Source of the DNA: Bacillota bacterium | GTDB lineage: Bacteria > Bacillota_I > Bacilli_A > Izemoplasmatales > Hujiaoplasmataceae | DNA: 64,000 bases | Assembly (NCBI GenBank): GCA_036824265.1 | Contig: DAITAL010000002.1 | Span: forward strand, 40,764 to 104,763 | Direction of reading: 5' to 3' | Part shown: piece after piece, positions 48,160-64,000 of the stretch | How the letters are laid out: each line of letters begins with the position of its first letter | How positions within the stretch are numbered: the first letter of the stretch is position 1 | The notes under the pieces: model-generated | The model's input: only the letters and a program-made list of their open reading frames with translations | What the model was told of the DNA's origin: nothing | Databases searched by the model: none | Position numbers and translations under genes: made by a program

Positions 48160-48654
48160 ATGGCAGATGTCACCAACAAGGAAAAGAAAGTCAAACTGAA
48201 TAAACAAGCTCCCGCCGTTGAGAAGAAGCCCTCGCGCGTCATGGAGATCCTGAAAAAGGAATACGCCTTCGAGAACTGGCTGCTCGCGATCATCTCGCCG
48301 GTTTTGATCTTGAATGGCGTTTACGTCGTCATGGGCAAATTCGGCAGCGTCAATCTTGCCGAACGCCTGGGCGAAAGCGACATCGCCTTTGTCGACTTTT
48401 TCTTCAACACCACGCTCAAGCGCATCTTGTCCGGATCGTTTTTGATTCTTGTCGGCACGCTTGTCGTCGTCTATTTGGCGATCCCGATCCTGCGTCCGAG
48501 TGTTGCGGAAATGAAGAAGGTCACCTGGCCGACCGGCAAGAAACTGGCCGTCAATACCGGCAGAGTCTTCGCCTTCCTCTTGTTTCTGATGCTCGTCTTC
48601 ACGATCTACGGCTTTGCTCTCGATCCCTTGTTCAAGTGGCTTCTGTCCATTTAG
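48160..48654 (+). CDS. secE: preprotein translocase subunit SecE (long, about 3-TM form, 164 aa)
   Basis: The C-terminal 50 aa, VAEMKKVTWPTGKKLAVNTGRVFAFLLFLMLVFTIYGFALD, matches the conserved SecE core. Position between rpmG and nusG. Confidence 0.88.
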   Translation: MADVTNKEKKVKLNKQAPAVEKKPSRVMEILKKEYAFENWLLAIISPVLILNGVYVVMGKFGSVNLAERLGESDIAFVDFFFNTTLKRILSGSFLILVGTLVVVYLAIPILRPSVAEMKKVTWPTGKKLAVNTGRVFAFLLFLMLVFTIYGFALDPLFKWLLSI

Positions 48655-48657
48655 TCA

Positions 48658-49206
48658 GTGAGCGAAATGAACGGCAAACGACTATGGTATATCGTCCAAA
48701 CCTATTCCGGGTTCGAAAACTCGGTCAAGGATAACCTGTTGCGTCGCATCGAGACGATGCAAATGGAGAATCTGATCTTCCAGGTGATGATCCCCGAGGA
48801 AATGAAGACCGAGAAGAAGGCAGACGGTTCCCTGAAAGAAAAGATGGTGAAGATGTTCCCCGGATACGTCTTCATCGAGATGATCGTCACCGACGACTCC
48901 TGGTTCGTCGTCCGCAACACCCCCGGCGTCACCGGCTTCCTCGGCAGTAGCGGCGGCGGCACCAAACCGATCCCCCTGCTTCCCGATGAAATCAACCCGA
49001 TCTTGAAAAAATGCGGACTTTTGCAGGTGCAGAAACTCAACGCCAAACCCGGTCAAAGCGTCAAAGTGGCCACCGGGCCCTTCTCCGGCCAGATCGGCAC
49101 GATCGACACGATCGACGACCTCAAGGGCAAACTCATCGTCCTCGTCGACATGTTCGGCCGCAAAACCCCCATCGAACTCGATTTCGCAGAAATCGAAGTC
49201 ATCTGA
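48658..49206 (+). CDS. nusG: transcription termination/antitermination factor NusG
   Basis: ...RLWYIVQTYSGFENSVKDNL...FPGYVFIEM...VVRNTPGVTGFLG... and a KOW domain. GTG start. Confidence 0.96.
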   Translation: MSEMNGKRLWYIVQTYSGFENSVKDNLLRRIETMQMENLIFQVMIPEEMKTEKKADGSLKEKMVKMFPGYVFIEMIVTDDSWFVVRNTPGVTGFLGSSGGGTKPIPLLPDEINPILKKCGLLQVQKLNAKPGQSVKVATGPFSGQIGTIDTIDDLKGKLIVLVDMFGRKTPIELDFAEIEVI

Positions 49207-49209
49207 ACG

Positions 49210-49237
49210 AAAAAGCCATCAAACTGGCTTTTTTTAT
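49210..49237 (+). terminator. rho-independent terminator after nusG
   Basis: AAAAAGCCA / TGGCTTTTT stem, loop TCAAAC, T-run. Confidence 0.8.
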
Positions 49238-49279
49238 TGTTTATTAGGCAAATGGACAATGTTTTCCGCCGTCCGAGTA

Positions 49280-49288
49280 TGTTATAAT
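49280..49288 (+). promoter_or_regulatory. extended -10 promoter (TGTTATAAT) of the MacB-like pair
   Basis: TGnTATAAT at 49280-49288, followed by RBS GAGGTGA and ATG 49309. Confidence 0.5.
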
Positions 49289-49308
49289 ACTTGTTGCGAG
49301 GTGAATTT

Positions 49309-51594
49309 ATGATCAAATTGGTTAACGTTTCCAAGTACTACTCCGCGAACGGCGTGGTCGCCCTCGGCCTCCGCAAGGCAAATCTGGAACTTCACGTCGG
49401 CGAGTTCGTCGCCATCACCGGCGAATCCGGATCAGGAAAAACGACGCTGCTCAACGTCATTTCCGGGATCGATTCCTATGAGGAAGGCGAAATGTACCTC
49501 AATGGGGAGGAAACCTCCTATTTTTCGACTGCCGACATGGAAAACTATCGGAAAAAATACATCGCTTTCGTGTTCCAAAGCTACAATCTCGTCGACTCGT
49601 TCACGGTCAGGCAAAACGTCGAACTGCCGATGCTGCTCGCTGGCGCTTCCGCAAAAGAAGCGAAAAGCCGGGCGCTCGAGATCATCAGGAAGGTCGGACT
49701 GGAAAAACATGTCAACCATAAGGCGACCAAGCTCTCCGGCGGTCAGAAACAAAGAGTCGTCATCGCCCGGGCTTTGGCCAAGGATTGTCCGATCATCGCC
49801 GCCGATGAACCAACGGGAAACCTCGACAGCGAGTCCGCAAAACAAGTCTTGAATCTGCTTCATGAGATTGCCAAGGACAAACTGGTCCTGGTCGTGACCC
49901 ATGACTTCAGCCAAGTCCAGGAATATGCCACCCGCAAGGTCAGAATCTATGATGGCGAGATCGTCGAGGACAAGCAGATTCGGCAGACCGAGCATCAGGA
50001 TTTGCCCGTGATCCCCGACGAGGCCAAGCGGATCCGCATCGGCGAGCACATGAAAATGGCTTTCAAAACGCTATTCGCAGCTCCGAAAAAGGCGTTGCTG
50101 ATGGTGATCGTCTTTTTCATCTTCGCCTTTTTGGTCTCCCTTGTCTACGGCGCTTACAATCTCGAAGTCACCGGGCAAAGCGGTTACAGCGACTACTACT
50201 CCCGGGTCTTTTTCCGCAACAAGAGCGTCTCGCGGATCATCGTCCGCAAAACCGACAAGTCCCCGCTTTCGGCCTTCGACATCGCCGAACTGGCAGCGCT
50301 TGGCCAGGTCCAGGCCGTTGTCGAGCGCGACTATCTCCTCGACGCCAGGATGACGATTCGCTCGGACGAATTGTTTGAAACTTTGAACAACAATTATCTC
50401 TATGTCAGCCAAGCCCAGTTCCTGCCGCTGTCGGTGATCACCGAAAGCAAGCTTTGGGCGGGAGTGATGCCGAGTGCGGCCAACGAAGTCGTGCTGGTCC
50501 TTCCGGAAGCGCAAAGCCGAAATCTGGATTACCAGCAGTATTATCTGGACGAAAACTACACATACTTCGGTTCCAGCGATGTCAGTACGCCCTTTTCCGC
50601 GTCATACAAGATCGTCGGTCTCGTCAAGGCCGCCGACATCCACATGGATGATGGCCATTATGTCGCTCTGGGAGAGACGGAATATCGCCGGACCGCCGAG
50701 GCTTATTATCATGCCTACCTGAGCGAGATCTATATGATTCCCGAAGATGGGGATGTCACCTATCGGGAATGGCTTAAAGATTATATCAACTACGGATCAC
50801 TCGGCTTCACCGTCAACGTTGCGCTGGCGGATGATGAGCTTCGACTGAACCAACTCCAATACCAGTCCTTTTACTGTGAATACGGCGCAAGCGAATGCGA
50901 CGTGACCGTCAGGCTCCATCTTGAGGACGCCTATACGACGACGACGTTCACTGACTTGAAGCTGTCGTTTGCGAGCGCTGTCGCCACCAACGCCTTCGAG
51001 GTCAGCCAGAATCTTTATGATCAGATCTTTTATGAGGAAATCTATCAGGTGACGGTGTTTGCCAACACGGAAATCAATGTCAACCGGCTGATTTCCAGCA
51101 TCAGTTCGATCCGTGACGGCGCAACCGACAAATACAAGGTCGTCTATCCAAAAACGATCAAAACGGTGGATCAGTTGGCATCCGCGATCTCGTTCTTCCA
51201 AACCCTCGGCCTGTTGTTGGCGCTGGTGGTGACGATCGGCGGCGCGACCTTGCTCAGCTATGTGGTTTTCCGGCTGATCATCAACACCAAACTCCGCGAC
51301 TACGCGATCTTTCGGACCGTCGGGGCCAATCAGGGGATGATCCGCATGCTCGTTTACTTCGAGAACATCATCACCGTCAGTTTCAGTTATGTCCTGTTCG
51401 TCGCCCTCTCGCTTGTCATCAGGAATCTTGACTCGATCACTCGCTACAGCATCCTCTACGGACTGAAAGTGTTCGCTTTCGGAAACTATCTCATCTTTTT
51501 CGGGATTGTCCTGATGATCGCCCTGCTCATCTCTGGCCGGTATTGCCGGCGGGTCTTCCAAGACACCGTCCATACCGCATTGAAACTGGAGTAG
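49309..51594 (+). CDS. fused ABC ATPase plus FtsX-type 4-TM permease (MacB-like), protein 1
   Basis: MIKLVNVSKYY...GESGSGKTTLLN...LSGGQKQRVVIARAL...[10 protein letters not shown]...VVTHD. Then TM1 (ALLMVIVFFIFAFLVSLVYGAY), a ~330-aa extracytoplasmic region, and an FtsX 3-TM bundle (...RDYAIFRTVGANQGMI...). The track ORF (49291) is trimmed. Confidence 0.85.
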   Translation: MIKLVNVSKYYSANGVVALGLRKANLELHVGEFVAITGESGSGKTTLLNVISGIDSYEEGEMYLNGEETSYFSTADMENYRKKYIAFVFQSYNLVDSFTVRQNVELPMLLAGASAKEAKSRALEIIRKVGLEKHVNHKATKLSGGQKQRVVIARALAKDCPIIAADEPTGNLDSESAKQVLNLLHEIAKDKLVLVVTHDFSQVQEYATRKVRIYDGEIVEDKQIRQTEHQDLPVIPDEAKRIRIGEHMKMAFKTLFAAPKKALLMVIVFFIFAFLVSLVYGAYNLEVTGQSGYSDYYSRVFFRNKSVSRIIVRKTDKSPLSAFDIAELAALGQVQAVVERDYLLDARMTIRSDELFETLNNNYLYVSQAQFLPLSVITESKLWAGVMPSAANEVVLVLPEAQSRNLDYQQYYLDENYTYFGSSDVSTPFSASYKIVGLVKAADIHMDDGHYVALGETEYRRTAEAYYHAYLSEIYMIPEDGDVTYREWLKDYINYGSLGFTVNVALADDELRLNQLQYQSFYCEYGASECDVTVRLHLEDAYTTTTFTDLKLSFASAVATNAFEVSQNLYDQIFYEEIYQVTVFANTEINVNRLISSISSIRDGATDKYKVVYPKTIKTVDQLASAISFFQTLGLLLALVVTIGGATLLSYVVFRLIINTKLRDYAIFRTVGANQGMIRMLVYFENIITVSFSYVLFVALSLVIRNLDSITRYSILYGLKVFAFGNYLIFFGIVLMIALLISGRYCRRVFQDTVHTALKLE

Positions 51595-51606
51595 GGGGTG
51601 ATGTGG

Positions 51607-54063
51607 ATGATCAAGATCAACAAGATCGACAAGTACTTCAACAAGGGTCGACAAAACGAAATCCATGTCGTCAACAACACTTCGATCGAATTTCCGGAAA
51701 CGGGACTCGTGGCTTTGACGGGGCCATCCGGCTGCGGTAAAACCACGCTCCTGAACGTGATCGGCGGTCTCGACAAGTTCTACCGCGGCGAGATCAATTT
51801 CGATGGGACCATCATCTCGACATATGATCCCCGGCAATGGGACATCATCAGAAACAAGTATGTCGGCTATATCTTCCAAAACTACTACCTCCTCTCCGAC
51901 AAGACGGTCTACGAGAACGTTGAAATCACCTTGAACATGGCTGGTCTTTACGACAAGGACCAGATCGAGGAACGGGTAAACTACGTTCTTGAAAGCGTCG
52001 GCATGTACAACTATCGCCGCCGCAATGTCCAAGCCCTTTCCGGTGGCCAACAACAGCGCGTCGCCATCGCCAGGGCGATCGCCAAGAATCCCAAAGTTGT
52101 CCTTGCGGACGAGCCGACGGGCAACCTTGACGCCAACAACACTTTCGAAGTCATGAGCATCATCAAAAAAATCAGCGAGACCTGCCTCGTGATATTGGTA
52201 AGCCATGAGAAGGCGCTCGTCGACTTCTACGCTGATCGGGTCATCGAGCTCCGTGACGGCCTGATCATCAACGATTACCACAACGAAGGCAACCGCACCC
52301 TCGACCATGTCGACGCACGCAACATCTATCTCCTCGATCTCCAGAAAGAAACGGCTGAAGCCCCTGTGAAGGTCGAATATTATTACGATGAGCTTCGAGA
52401 TACGCCCAAAATCCAGGTCATCTCCGTGAATAACACGATCTATGTCAAAGCCGAGGCTGGAGCCAAGATCAAGTATGTCACGCCGGATTCGGAGGTCAGG
52501 CTGCTCAACGAGCATTACAAAAAAGCCGAGACCAGTGACGCGCTCAAGCACAAGTTCGACCTGCACCAGTTCGGCGAGATCGTCGCCGACAAAGCGCGCA
52601 CCTCCTTTATCCGCTTCCGTGACACCCTCAAAGCCGGCTTCCAAAAGGTAATCAGCAAAAGAAAACTCATCGGCAAGATGTTTCTGTTCGCCTATGTCGT
52701 GATCTCCGCCCTGATCGCCTACAACCTGGCAACGATCTCCAACCTGATCGGATTCACCGACGACGCCTTTCTCACGGTGTCGCGGGATTCCATCGCCGTC
52801 AAGCTTGATCAGGAGGCCACAATCGGCGACATTGACGACATTCTCGCCAACACCGCCGTCACCTCGGTCAATCCCATTTCCAGCAATCTCAGGGTCCGGT
52901 TCAAGTATAACGACTTCTACCAGGGCGACGCGGCCTCACAGATGTGGTATTCGTCCTCAACCATCTCGGGTTATCCCGTGGAGTTGAGCGAAGTTGCGAA
53001 TCCAACGGTTGTCATCGGCCGACTGCCGGCCAACAATCGTGAAGTCGCGATCGACAGATGGATCGCCGACGACATTCTGGAAACGCCGGATGCCGTCAAC
53101 CTTGGCGCCACCGGCTATCTCGATTTGCTCGGGAAGTCGATCTCCAATACCAACATCACCCAGGAGATTTCCCTGAAGGTCGTCGGCATCGTCGAAACGA
53201 ACTCGCCGGTGATGATCGTCAGCGACGGCAACCTTTCCTACTTTCATACCTACTATGTCTTCAACACCCTGATGGGCAAAGATACGGCAGCGGGGGACTA
53301 TACGGTCGTCGCTGGCGGCGATCTTTCCGGAGCGAACGATGTGCTTGTGCCGTCAACATCCACCTACGACCTCGATGATACCATGCTTGTCGAGGGCATT
53401 ACCCTGACCGTCGTCGGCAAGTACGATTCCGACGTGCTGACGAAAAACATCATCAAGACGGAAACCTTCGAACGGTTGCTCACGATCAGGATTGTCAAGG
53501 AAGCCGCCGACGCATCCTATTATTGGTGGTATCAATCAGATTTCTACATCTATTTCCATGCGGACAATCCCCAAGCCGTAGCAAGCGCGATCAACGATCT
53601 GGGATATGAGGCCCACCCGGCCTACGACATCCTCAGGGAGAATTTCCGTGAACAGCGACAGCAGGCGATCGCGAACAAACTCCGTTTCATCGGCATCGCC
53701 CTGCTCGGCTCGATCGTCTATCTCGTCCTGACGATGCGCTCGAGCCTGCTCGGCCGCGTCAAGGAAGTCGGCATCTACCGCTCGATCGGCGCGACCAAGA
53801 AAGACGTCTACAAAGTCTTCTGGAGCGAGATCCTCGCCTACACCGTCATCGGCTCCTTCACCGGCTACACGCTGATGACGATCCTCATCGTCCAATTCCA
53901 GAAATACAATCCGCTGGCGACCGCCGAGTTCTACTTCCCGCTCCATTACTTCCTGGCCGGGCTCCTTGGAATTTTCATTCTGAACTCGCTTTTCGGCATG
54001 ATCCCCGTCTTTTCGCTCCTCAGAAAGACCCCTGCGGAGATCAATACCCAGTATGATGTCTAG
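51607..54063 (+). CDS. fused ABC ATPase plus FtsX-type 4-TM permease (MacB-like), protein 2
   Basis: [11 protein letters not shown]...[12 protein letters not shown]...[15 protein letters not shown]...[10 protein letters not shown]...LVSHE. Then TM1 ([20 protein letters not shown]), a ~320-aa external region, and an FtsX bundle (...[16 protein letters not shown]...). The start could be GTG 51598, ATG 51601 or ATG 51607. Confidence 0.85.
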   Translation: MIKINKIDKYFNKGRQNEIHVVNNTSIEFPETGLVALTGPSGCGKTTLLNVIGGLDKFYRGEINFDGTIISTYDPRQWDIIRNKYVGYIFQNYYLLSDKTVYENVEITLNMAGLYDKDQIEERVNYVLESVGMYNYRRRNVQALSGGQQQRVAIARAIAKNPKVVLADEPTGNLDANNTFEVMSIIKKISETCLVILVSHEKALVDFYADRVIELRDGLIINDYHNEGNRTLDHVDARNIYLLDLQKETAEAPVKVEYYYDELRDTPKIQVISVNNTIYVKAEAGAKIKYVTPDSEVRLLNEHYKKAETSDALKHKFDLHQFGEIVADKARTSFIRFRDTLKAGFQKVISKRKLIGKMFLFAYVVISALIAYNLATISNLIGFTDDAFLTVSRDSIAVKLDQEATIGDIDDILANTAVTSVNPISSNLRVRFKYNDFYQGDAASQMWYSSSTISGYPVELSEVANPTVVIGRLPANNREVAIDRWIADDILETPDAVNLGATGYLDLLGKSISNTNITQEISLKVVGIVETNSPVMIVSDGNLSYFHTYYVFNTLMGKDTAAGDYTVVAGGDLSGANDVLVPSTSTYDLDDTMLVEGITLTVVGKYDSDVLTKNIIKTETFERLLTIRIVKEAADASYYWWYQSDFYIYFHADNPQAVASAINDLGYEAHPAYDILRENFREQRQQAIANKLRFIGIALLGSIVYLVLTMRSSLLGRVKEVGIYRSIGATKKDVYKVFWSEILAYTVIGSFTGYTLMTILIVQFQKYNPLATAEFYFPLHYFLAGLLGIFILNSLFGMIPVFSLLRKTPAEINTQYDV

Positions 54064-54099
54064 GGCTTTGGCCCAGGTTGTTTTGGCAAGAAAAAAACC

Positions 54100-54128
54100 T
54101 TGACATGAATTGGGGTATATTGTATAAT
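54100..54128 (+). promoter_or_regulatory. sigma-A type promoter of rplK-rplA (about 80 nt leader)
   Basis: TTGACA, 17 nt spacer, TATAAT. The leader has the hairpin CGTGC..GCACG and a GGGAGGAC..GTCC element. Confidence 0.65.
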
Positions 54129-54211
54129 AATTCAGCGTGCGCATTTGGCACGTCAGCGTGGGAGGACAGGAAGTCCAGCTACCACATCACGAAAATAAGG
54201 AGGTGTCTTTC

Positions 54212-54637
54212 GTGGCTAAAGAAATCAAGACAGTCGTCAAATTGCAGATTCCCGGAGGCAAGGCAACCCCGGCGCCCCCGATCGGACCGGCTTTGGGACA
54301 GGCGGGCGTCAACATCCAGCAGTTCTGCGTCCAGTTCAACGAACGGACGAAAGAAATGGTCGGCAGCGTCATCCCGGTCGTCATCACGGTGTATGAGGAC
54401 AGAAGTTTCGCTTTCATCACCAAAACCCCGCCGGCAAGCGATTTGCTGAAGAAGGCCTGCAAGATCCAGAAAGGCGCGGGAAACTCGAAGAAGGAAACCG
54501 TCGCGACGATCACCAGGGCGCAGCTCAGGGAAATCGCGGCCGTCAAGATGCCCGATCTCAACGCCAATGACGTCGAGGCGGCATCAAGGATCATCGAAGG
54601 CTCCGCAAAAAACATGGGAATTGTCGTAGTTGACTAA
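54212..54637 (+). CDS. rplK: 50S ribosomal protein L11
   Basis: (V)[38 protein letters not shown]... GTG 54212 lies after AAGGAGG (54197-54203). The track ORF (54137) is trimmed. Confidence 0.97.
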   Translation: MAKEIKTVVKLQIPGGKATPAPPIGPALGQAGVNIQQFCVQFNERTKEMVGSVIPVVITVYEDRSFAFITKTPPASDLLKKACKIQKGAGNSKKETVATITRAQLREIAAVKMPDLNANDVEAASRIIEGSAKNMGIVVVD

Positions 54638-54709
54638 AACCGAATAGGTATGCAGCTATATATGGGAGGACATTTCCGCTATAACCAGATATAGGAGGAA
54701 AACACAAAA

Positions 54710-55390
54710 ATGGCAAAAAAAGGAAAGAAATATCTCGAAGCCGCCAAGAACATCGAAAAGGGCAAGAAGTACCCGCTCTTGGAAGGCGTGGAACTCGTCA
54801 AGAAAATCGCGTTTGAGAAATTCGACGCTTCCGTCGAACTCGCTCTCAACCTCAACCTCGATCCGCGGAAAGCGGAACAGAATCTTCGGGGCGCGCTCGT
54901 TCTGCCCCATGGCACCGGCAAGGAAAAACGCGTGCTCGTCTTCGCCAAAGGCGAAAAAGCCAAGGAAGCCCAGGACGCCGGCGCCGACTTTGTCGGCGAT
55001 GACGAACTGATCGCCAAGATCCAGGGTGGCTGGTTCGAATTCGACGTCGTGATCGCCACTCCCGACATGATGGGAGGACTCGGCAAGATCGGCCGTCTGC
55101 TCGGACCAAAGGGCCTGATGCCAAACCCGAAAACCGGCACCGTGACGATGGACATCCAAAAAGCGGTCAACGAATCCAAGGGTGGCAAGATCACCTACCG
55201 TGTCGACAAGAACGGCAACATCCAGACGATCGTCGGGAAAGTCTCCTTCACACCCGTCAATCTCGCGGAGAACATCAAGGCTGTCGTCGACGTCATCACC
55301 AAGGCCAAGCCTTCGACCGTCAAAGGCATCTACATGCGCAATGTCGCGATCTCGTCGACGATGGGACCCGGAGTCGACATCGAAGTCTAA
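54710..55390 (+). CDS. rplA: 50S ribosomal protein L1
   Basis: [32 protein letters not shown]...[16 protein letters not shown]... Confidence 0.98.
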   Translation: MAKKGKKYLEAAKNIEKGKKYPLLEGVELVKKIAFEKFDASVELALNLNLDPRKAEQNLRGALVLPHGTGKEKRVLVFAKGEKAKEAQDAGADFVGDDELIAKIQGGWFEFDVVIATPDMMGGLGKIGRLLGPKGLMPNPKTGTVTMDIQKAVNESKGGKITYRVDKNGNIQTIVGKVSFTPVNLAENIKAVVDVITKAKPSTVKGIYMRNVAISSTMGPGVDIEV

Positions 55391-55538
55391 ACCCGACAAT
55401 TTCATAACCTTTATCGAAGACAGTAGGGGCCAAAAGCTTAATCATCCTACCGAGACAAAGACACTAATGCAGCATCAATTAGCCTCTTTTCTCGCGAAAA
55501 GAGGCTTTCTTTTCCAGACATGAACAAGGAGGTAAGTT
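55391..55538 (+). promoter_or_regulatory. rplJ (L10) leader with a terminator-like attenuator hairpin
   Basis: 148-nt spacer between rplA and rplJ. Stem GTAGG (55423-55427) / CCTAC (55446-55450). Strong hairpin AGCCTCTTTT / AAAAGAGGCT (55481-55506) followed by TTCTTTTCC. The position matches the Firmicute L10-leader autoregulatory element. Confidence 0.55.
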
Positions 55539-56030
55539 ATGTCAAGAGAAACCGTGATTCAGGCAAAACAGGAATCAGTCAATCAGATCCAGGCAAAAAT
55601 GGCCAAGGCCAAAGCGATCGTTCTCGCCGAATACAGGGGCCTGACCGTTGAAAAGACGGAAGCGCTCAGACGCCTGCTCCGCAAGGAAGGCTGCGAAATG
55701 ATCGTCATCAAGAACAACGTCTCCCGGCGGGCGGCGAAACTCGCGGGCTATGGCGCCCTCGACACCGAACTAAGGGGACCAAACGGCGTCGTCTTCGCCT
55801 ACAGCGATGCGGTGGCCGGCGCGAAAGTCCTGCACGAATTCGCGCGGAAGAATCCCAAACTAATCGTCAAGGCGGGCGTTGTCGACGGCGCATTCTATGA
55901 TCCCGCCGAGATCAAGCAGATCGCGACCCTGCCGTCGAAGGACACTTTGCTCGCAATGCTCGCATCCCAGCTCTACGCACCACTCAGAGATCTGGCCATC
56001 GGCCTTGATCTGCTCGCAAACAAAGCTTAA
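55539..56030 (+). CDS. rplJ: 50S ribosomal protein L10
   Basis: MSRETVIQAKQESVNQIQAKMAKAKAIVLAEYRGLTVEKTEALRRLLR... Confidence 0.97.
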   Translation: MSRETVIQAKQESVNQIQAKMAKAKAIVLAEYRGLTVEKTEALRRLLRKEGCEMIVIKNNVSRRAAKLAGYGALDTELRGPNGVVFAYSDAVAGAKVLHEFARKNPKLIVKAGVVDGAFYDPAEIKQIATLPSKDTLLAMLASQLYAPLRDLAIGLDLLANKA

Positions 56031-56052
56031 AGAAACCAGGAGGAAACCAAAA

Positions 56053-56427
56053 ATGGCAAAAATCAATGTTCAGGAATTTATCGAATCCTTGAAAGAAATG
56101 ACGATTCTCGAAATCAAAGCCCTTATCGACGCGATGAAAGCCGAATTCGGCATCGATCCGTCGGCCGTCTCCGCCGCCCCCGCCCAAGCGGTCGTCGAAG
56201 AAGAAGAGCAAGGCCCGAAGGAATTCAACGTCATTCTCACCAGCGCCGGCCAAAGCAAGGTCGCCGTCATCAAAGTCGTCCGTGAACTCACGGGTCTCGG
56301 CCTGATCGAAGCGAAGAAACTCGTCGATGAGGCGCCGAAAGCGATCAAAGAGAAAGTCAAGGAAGACGAAGCGAAGCAAATCGCCCAGAAACTGACCGAC
56401 GCCGGAGCCACCGTCGAGCTTAAATAA
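56053..56427 (+). CDS. rplL: 50S ribosomal protein L7/L12
   Basis: MAKINVQEFIESLKEMTILEIKALIDAMKAEFG...VIKVVRELTGLGLIEAKKLVDEAP... The track ORF (55879) is trimmed. Confidence 0.98.
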   Translation: MAKINVQEFIESLKEMTILEIKALIDAMKAEFGIDPSAVSAAPAQAVVEEEEQGPKEFNVILTSAGQSKVAVIKVVRELTGLGLIEAKKLVDEAPKAIKEKVKEDEAKQIAQKLTDAGATVELK

Positions 56428-56445
56428 CTGCCCGGAAAACCCTTA

Positions 56446-56470
56446 AAGCCTGAGGAAGCCTCAGGTTTTT
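56446..56470 (+). terminator. rho-independent terminator after rplL
   Basis: CCTGAGG / CCTCAGG stem, AAG loop, T5 run. Confidence 0.7.
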
Positions 56471-56486
56471 GCCGTTTTAAAGGGGG

Positions 56487-57092
56487 ATGGCCATGGATCA
56501 TTACTTCACTTCCGAAAACGACCGCCCGGAAGCGCGCAAGCGCCAATTCCGCTGTGTCGTGGCGGGCAAGGAATACCGGTTCACGACCGGTGCCGGCGTG
56601 TTTTCCAAACAAGGCCTCGATTTTGGCTCGCGCCTGTTGCTCGAGACGATTTTGCCCACCCCACGCGGGCGGGCGCTCGACCTTGGCTGCGGTTACGGTC
56701 CGATCGGCATCATCCTGGCCGACCGGTGGAAAAACGAAACCGTGATGGCCGACATCAACAAGAACGCGCTCGCGCTCGCCCGGCAGAACGCAGAAACCAA
56801 CAAGGTCCGGCCACAAATCATCGAAAGCGATGGTTTTGCCGGCATCGACGGCGAGTTCGCGCTGATCGTCACCAACCCGCCGATCAGGGCGGGCAAGAAA
56901 ACCTATTATTCCTGGTTCGAGCAGGCCAAAGCACGGCTCTTGCCGGAAGGTGAACTCATTTTTGTGATCCGCAAGGATCAGGGAGCGCTCTCGGCGCTCG
57001 CTTTTTGCCGGGGGATTTTTCCAGAAGTCGCGACAATTGGCCGCAAATCGGGGTATTTCGTCATATCGTGTCGAAATACATTGACGGTTTGA
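56487..57092 (+). CDS. class I SAM-dependent methyltransferase, RsmC/YbxB-like (small-domain rRNA m2G MTase family)
   Basis: ...FTTGAGVFSKQGLDFGSRLLLE...LDLGCGYGPIG...VTNPPIRAGK. Synteny between rplL and rpoB as in B. subtilis ybxB. Confidence 0.85.
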   Translation: MAMDHYFTSENDRPEARKRQFRCVVAGKEYRFTTGAGVFSKQGLDFGSRLLLETILPTPRGRALDLGCGYGPIGIILADRWKNETVMADINKNALALARQNAETNKVRPQIIESDGFAGIDGEFALIVTNPPIRAGKKTYYSWFEQAKARLLPEGELIFVIRKDQGALSALAFCRGIFPEVATIGRKSGYFVISCRNTLTV

Positions 57093-57109
57093 CAATCGTG
57101 TGCTAAAAT
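57081..57109 (+). promoter_or_regulatory. sigma-A type promoter of rpoB-rpoC, overlapping the 3' end of the methyltransferase gene
   Basis: TTGACG, 17 nt spacer with TGc, TAAAAT. About 85 nt leader with the hairpin AATGCG..CGCATT. Confidence 0.6.
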
Positions 57110-57200
57110 ATTTAAATGCGATAGAATGCGCATTTTTCCATTTATCAGTTTGCAGACTTGTTTTTGCCCGGCTTTACAGACAATCTCATGAGGTGATCCT

Positions 57201-60824
<3,624 letters not shown>

Positions 60825-60842
60825 AAAGGTGGAGATGCGAAT

Positions 60843-64000
<3,158 letters not shown>

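Noticed and set aside
50797-52644. 615-aa minus-strand ORF. Similar cases: 60003-61568, 34447-36084, 46681-47952, 40113-41441, 41487-42806.
   Set aside because: All lie antisense to genes with unambiguous conserved products (MacB-like ATPases, rpoB/rpoC, metG, rlmB/sigH, ABC exporter, cls). These are shadow ORFs in a GC-rich coding region.
54129-54211. Possible L1-binding autoregulatory site in the rplK leader (GGGAGGAC...GTCC)
   Set aside because: I cannot recall the consensus accurately enough to call it. It is mentioned only in the promoter evidence.

Overview
This window is a core chromosomal region of a Bacillota (Firmicutes)-type genome. It looks moderately GC-rich by eye and uses the standard code (TGA is a stop in adk, ricT and ecfT). 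It holds about 75 protein genes, all but three on the + strand, tightly packed with many ATGA/TAATG overlaps.

Gene content in order:
- Partial GDPD phosphodiesterase (-), Fe-alcohol dehydrogenase, ald, an SDR epimerase, and a nuclease-helicase fusion.
- The complete S10-spc-alpha ribosomal superoperon, rpsJ to rplQ (6941-21282), including secY-adk-map-infA-rpmJ. Two genes under 60 aa are absent from the ORF track (rpmD, rpmJ).
- A CBS-pair gene, ecfA1-ecfA2-ecfT-truA, and a visibly AT-richer one-gene insertion.
- A convergent metal-type ABC permease/ATPase pair (-).
- tmk-holB-ricT-MTase-rsmI, DJ-1/metG/yitT, rplM-rpsI, a heterodimeric ABC exporter, cls, rmuC and csp.
- cysS-mrnC-rlmB-sigH-rpmG-secE-nusG.
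- Two tandem fused ATPase-FtsX (MacB-like) genes.
- rplK-rplA-rplJ-rplL, a small methyltransferase, rpoB, and the first 3.2 kb of rpoC.

I saw no rRNA, tRNA, CRISPR array, transposase or integrase. I did not find a clear-cut new multi-gene system.

The most noteworthy items are accessory interruptions of otherwise conserved gene order:
1. A low-GC insertion carrying an orphan lipoprotein gene, flanked by a displaced, frameshifted truA 3' remnant.
2. A tandem pair of MacB-like fused ABC proteins wedged between nusG and rplK.
3. A protein with an Rx4H (HEPN-like) N-terminal domain plus a CBS pair, between rplQ and ecfA.
4. A PD-(D/E)XK-like nuclease fused to an Fe-S DinG/XPD-type helicase.

All functional calls rest on my reading of the translated ORFs and the sequence. 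No database search was run.
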